A DNA stretch of 63,890 nt, filler included, from Octopus bimaculoides (taxonomy: Eukaryota): the NCBI RefSeq assembly GCF_001194135.2. It is 5 parts of 4 records of this genome, joined end to end, with 100 filler letters (N's around TTAATTAATTAA, not from the genome) between each part and the next. Parts side by side here need not be neighbours in the genome. Positions count along the whole stretch, not along the records: positions 52,794 to 61,811 come from NC_068996.1; positions 61,912 to 63,890 come from NC_068987.1; 3 more parts are not named here. The stretch is one strand, 5' to 3'. This document shows, piece by piece, positions 59,702 through 63,890 of the stretch (positions are counted from its first letter, which is position 1; the number at the start of each line of letters is the position of its first letter). A program made the position numbers and the translations under genes. Below the pieces are notes generated by a model. That model was not told where the DNA came from, did no database searches, and saw only the letters and a program-made list of their open reading frames with translations.

Positions 59702-61811
59702 TCTGTATATATAAAAGGCAGGATGTGTGTACGTGAATGTAATTTATGCACGTCCACAAATTAGCACGCATGTCGCTCCAATTTTAGGAGGACATTCGGC
59801 ATGACCCTATCTGCATTTTCGTCAACTTTTTCTCTCAGAGGCACCCGCGTATAGCTGTAAAAATCGATTTTCAACCATAACTTTTACCAATTTTGAAGTT
59901 TGCTAACATGGCGAAGTCAAAGTGTGCCTATGCGCGTGAGGGAGAGAGAGTAATTGTGTGTTGATGTATGTGTGTGTGAGAGAGTGGGAGTGAGGGAGAG
60001 ATAGAGATTGTTTGCCAGCGTCTAACAAAAAAAAGTAAAGAAAAAGTGGGAGAGGGAGACAGAAAGCGTTTAACGAAAGAAAAGGTAGGTAAGGAAGGCA
60101 GAGTAAGTGTAAAATGTAAAATGCTTTTTTTTTTCTTAAACATAAGATATAGTTTCAAATATAAGATGTTTTTGAAAGACACTATATTTTATAATGAGAT
60201 TATATATACTTTCTCACACAACAATTAAAATATATTTATTTTAAATCGTTCATCTTTCTCCCCCTCTCACTCACACACACACACACCCACATACTACTTT
60301 GGAAGCGAAAGAGTTTTGTTTATATTTCACGCCGAAGAAAAAAGTTTATTGTCAATCCATTTATTTAACAACAATGAAACAAAGAGGTATGTAACAATTT
60401 GTAAGTGAATTACACAATATAAATGGGTAAAATTTCCGAGGCTTCCACCACACCCTAACCCGTTTTTCGGACCACAAAAAGGGTTTTGTAGCATATTAGC
60501 AGGCCAGGATAGTTGATTCTACGCAGAAAATCCCATTTATTTTTTTTCTTAGTGAAAATCGTGCGAGTGTTATCTAAAAATTTAGCTTTAGTTTTTCATG
60601 GTAAATTTGAGATTTAAAAATGTTTTCCATATTCTTCATCTCCGTATGTTGGTTAATTCAATTAGAAAATAAAACTTAATGACGATGTAATTAGCAACTA
60701 GCACATTTTTTTTCTTAGTTTTTGTTTGCTTTTATGCTTAAATTCTTTACTTGACTGTTATATTTCTTACGAAGAGTGAAAAAATGTTTTCCATATTCTT
60801 AATCTCCGTATTTTTCCCGTACATTGAAATATAGATGGTGAAAAGATCAATGGGTGTAGGGGTGAAATTTCCAAGGCTTCTACCACACCCCAAGCTGTTT
60901 TTCTGACCACAAAAAGGGTNNNNNNNNNNGCAGCTTCTATGGGTGGTGTAACTCTATTGCTTTCAGGAGATTTCCGACAAACCCTTCCTGTCATCCCTAA
61001 AGGGAGCAGGGCTGATGAAGTGCTCGCATGCCTTAAGTCATCCACGTTGTGGCCCCAGGTTAAGACGTTAAGCTTAAGCACAAACATGCGTGCGCACTTG
61101 CTTGGTGATAGTACGTCTGCAGAATTTGCTGAAGACATTTTAGCCCTTGGAGAATGGAAGGTTCCTAAGAATGATAAGGGTGACATATCCATCTCTGAAC
61201 TGTGCAACACAGTGGAAAGCCCTTCTGATCTTTTGGAAACAGTTTTCCCCAATCTGGAAAGTAACTATGCAGACATCAATTGGCTCAGTGAAAGAACTAT
61301 CCTGGCCCCCAAAAATGTAGCTGTCAGTGCTATCAATGACCAGCTCATAAGCCGAATTCCGGGTGAGGAGCGCATCTACAAATCGATTGACCGGACCTGT
61401 GACCTCCAAGACATTATCAATTACCCTATCGAGTTTCTCAACTCATTGGAGCCGGCAGGGCTTCCACCTCATATTCTTAGGCTAATGGTTGAATGCCCAA
61501 TTATGCTAATCAGAAACTTGCTTCCGCCTAAGCAGTGCAACGGGACCCGCTTAGCAGTTAAGTCCCTGATGTCCCACTTGATTGTTACAGGGTGCGGGAA
61601 GGATGAAAATATTTTCATTTCAAGGATGCACCTTTATCCCTCGGAGTCAGACATGCCATTTCACTTTCGCAGATCGCAGTTCCCGGTGAGACCATGCTTT
61701 GCCAGGTCCATCAACAAATCCCAAGGCCAAACACTATCGGTGGCAGGCGTCCATTTGGGGGAACCATGCTTTTCACATGGGCAACTTTATGTGGCCTGCT
61801 CCCGTGTGGGT
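59702..61811 (+). mobile_element. Helitron: 5' terminus and Pif1 helicase remnant (link across a 10-N gap inferred)
   Basis: A|TCTGTATATATAAAAGGCAGGATG is a typical Helitron 5' TC start. Diverged internal direct repeats lie at about 60430-60484 and 60866-60919. The element is cut by the spacer at 61812. Confidence 0.7.
60939..61811 (+). pseudogene. Helitron RepHel C-terminal Pif1-family helicase fragment
   Basis: GDFRQTLPV (motif III), LSTNMR, ILAPKN, YPIEFLNSL...GLPPH, PIMLIRNL....CNGTRL, QFPVRPCFA..INKSQGQTL, FSHGQLYVACSRVG. A short deletion is apparent around SHLIVTG. Transposon-derived, not a host PIF1. Confidence 0.92.
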
Positions 61812-61911
61812 NNNNNNNNNNNNNNNNNNNNNNNNNNNNNNNNNNNNNNNNNNNNTTAATTAATTAANNNNNNNNNNNNNNNNNNNNNNNNNNNNNNNNN
61901 NNNNNNNNNNN
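61812..61911. other. Artificial scaffold spacer (44 N + TTAATTAATTAA + 44 N)
   Basis: Same 100-bp structure. Confidence 0.95.
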
Positions 61912-63528
61912 ATATATATATATATATATATATACATGCAACGGGCTTCTTTCAGTTTCCATCTACCAAATCCACTCACAAGGCTTTGGTCGGCCCAAGG
62001 CTATAGTAGAAGACACTTGCCCAAGGTGCCACACAGTGGGACTGAACCCAGAACCATGTGGTTGGTAAGCAAGCTACTTACCACACAGCCACTCTTGTGC
62101 CTATTACCACACTGCCACTCCTACACCTATTATCACACAGCCACTACTGCACCTATATAAAAAAATTTTCATTCAATAAATAATGTTTTTACATTACGTA
62201 TATAGAATAAATTGTGGGGTTTGCAAATAGTGAATTAAAACTTGAAATAGAGGGTGAGAGACTTTGCAAATGAAAACCGAATACTCTGCAGTAAATGCAA
62301 CGGATATTTAGATTTGTGAAAATTTGGAGTTCAAAAATTCAATTAAGTTCAGAAATTGAAATTATAGGAAATTTCTTGGGACATGAATTATCCTTTTAGG
62401 TAAAGTAAAATTGCATGTTGAAATGATTGTTTCTTTCCCAAGAGTTTTAGTAACTCCAAATAAAATGTTAGTCAGAAATCAACCACAGAGCAATTTCAAT
62501 AGAGTTTGTAGGTCTCAATAAGTATGGTTGCTGTAGGCTGTGACAAAAAAATCTGATGCTTTGGACACAGATCTATCAATAAAATAGTCAAGTAGTGGCT
62601 GATGGAAGTGAAAGATGATGAATATCTTAAAAGTGAAGGATATGTATAAAGTCCCTTCAATTTCATCATCAAGTTTGAGAATGCATTCTCTCACAAGTTT
62701 TCTTGGAGTCTGGACTTTACTGTTACTAGGAGTGAAATTGTTTTGCAAGTTGCTTGCTGAATTCTTTCATTAAGATACATTATTATCACAGAAAATCTGG
62801 CACATATTCTCAATAGATAGCTGAACTAAAACTGGATTAACTGCTAGTGCCTTACTCAGGAGCATAGCAGAACATCAGTTCTAAATATAAACTCATGATA
62901 CATGTGTTATTAGCATAATACCCTATCCACTTACCTTTTCTATAAATATTATTGGCTCAATACAGTTATATTTAATATTTACAAATTGCAACATACTTAT
63001 ACAACTATGGCATAAAATTTATTCTGTTGTTTTAGCTATTTGTATTACTTTTCACTGATGCAGAACGTCTAATTTTCCTTAGATTTACTATCTAAGTGTG
63101 GCTTGAGGAAAATTTGGCTACTATTTATAGCAGGGTGAGTGGCACTACCACTTCCAGCACCAACAACACACCATCACGACGATGACCACCACCAACGCCA
63201 CAATCACCACCATCATAAACAAAGCAAATAAAACAAGTGGAGTAATTAATTTATGGAGACATGAAGATAACTTTACTTCTCACGCAACACCTGTACATGC
63301 CAGATAGCTTGTAATATTATAATTAACTTCTTAATTAGACATGATTAATCAAAAGACATACTTGCATACATTAAATGTAAAAATCTTATATATGCAGGTA
63401 AACAGGAAATAAATTAAATGACAAATAAAGACGTGTGCCAGGTTAGGATTAGAGCAATACTTGCTCTAGATACATTACAAAAAGGCGACTACACACACAC
63501 ACACATGCACAATTATATATATATATAT

Positions 63529-63743
63529 AAATTTAATGAATGGAGTGAAACGCATATGTTAACTGCATACTTTCGGTTAAAATGTCTTACGTTTAAGCTG
63601 GTTCCCATGCATTTCGCTGAAGAGAAGATTACATTTTTAACATCGCCGATTCCTATGGAAGGTATAATTTGTAATTTTCGAAACATATGTTGGAAATAAA
63701 AGTATGCAGTTAACATATGCGTTTCACTCCATTCATTAAATTT
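63529..63743. mobile_element. 215-bp MITE with perfect 45-bp terminal inverted repeats in TA context
   Basis: 63529-63573 (aaatttaatgaatggagtgaaacgcatatgttaactgcatacttt) is the exact reverse complement of 63699-63743; flanked by (TA)n. Confidence 0.9.
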
Positions 63744-63890
63744 TTATATATACTCAAGTACCCAAAATATCAAGGAGTTTCTACCTCATAAACAGGAGTT
63801 ACACCACAGTCATTTTGTGATCTTTGCTACCCTGGTATCTATTAACCAATTTATTATATATTAATTAGGAGAAAATAAATACATATAATA

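Noticed and set aside
60939-61859. Host PIF1 helicase gene
   Set aside because: It is intronless, has Helitron-type motifs (YPIEFLNSL..GLPPH, FSHGQLYVACSRV) and lies near a Helitron 5' end; it is a transposon remnant.
62935-63004. Perfect minus-strand donor AAG|gtaagt preceded by a short open frame
   Set aside because: The acceptor is weak, the peptide is AT-rich and unrecognisable, and there is no partner exon in the block.

Overview
This is a eukaryotic, AT-rich, microsatellite- and transposon-dense window. The SINE families and gene content point to a coleoid cephalopod, most likely Octopus (inference, no search run). It is not one continuous sequence: four identical 100-bp artificial spacers (44 N + TTAATTAATTAA + 44 N) split it into five blocks, and there are many other N gaps. 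Two host genes are supported by splice-bounded exons. One is a PICALM/AP180 (ANTH-domain clathrin adaptor) gene on the minus strand, with six exons between 13327 and 23909; its 5' exons and most of its C-terminal exons are not visible. The other is a single 143-bp exon of a nicotinic acetylcholine receptor-type Cys-loop subunit on the plus strand (41764-41906). The rest is repeats: decayed LINEs (CR1/Jockey-group, RTE, R4/Dong-type RLE element, L1/Tx1-like), two Penelope-like elements (PLEs) with opposite domain order, mariner, maT (DD37D), pogo/Tigger and piggyBac-type DNA elements, a Helitron, tRNA- and RTE-related SINEs, and simple repeats. Nearly all ORFs in the supplied track are microsatellite, gap or transposon artefacts. 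The least expected signal is a set of minimal type I hammerhead-ribozyme motifs found by eye (3412-3477, 44539-44581, 45382-45435, 46398-46451, 58732-58774, 58956-59029, 59557-59609). One family sits at the centre of a ~360-bp foldback element that looks like a MITE. All alignments and folds were done by eye; nothing was computed or searched.
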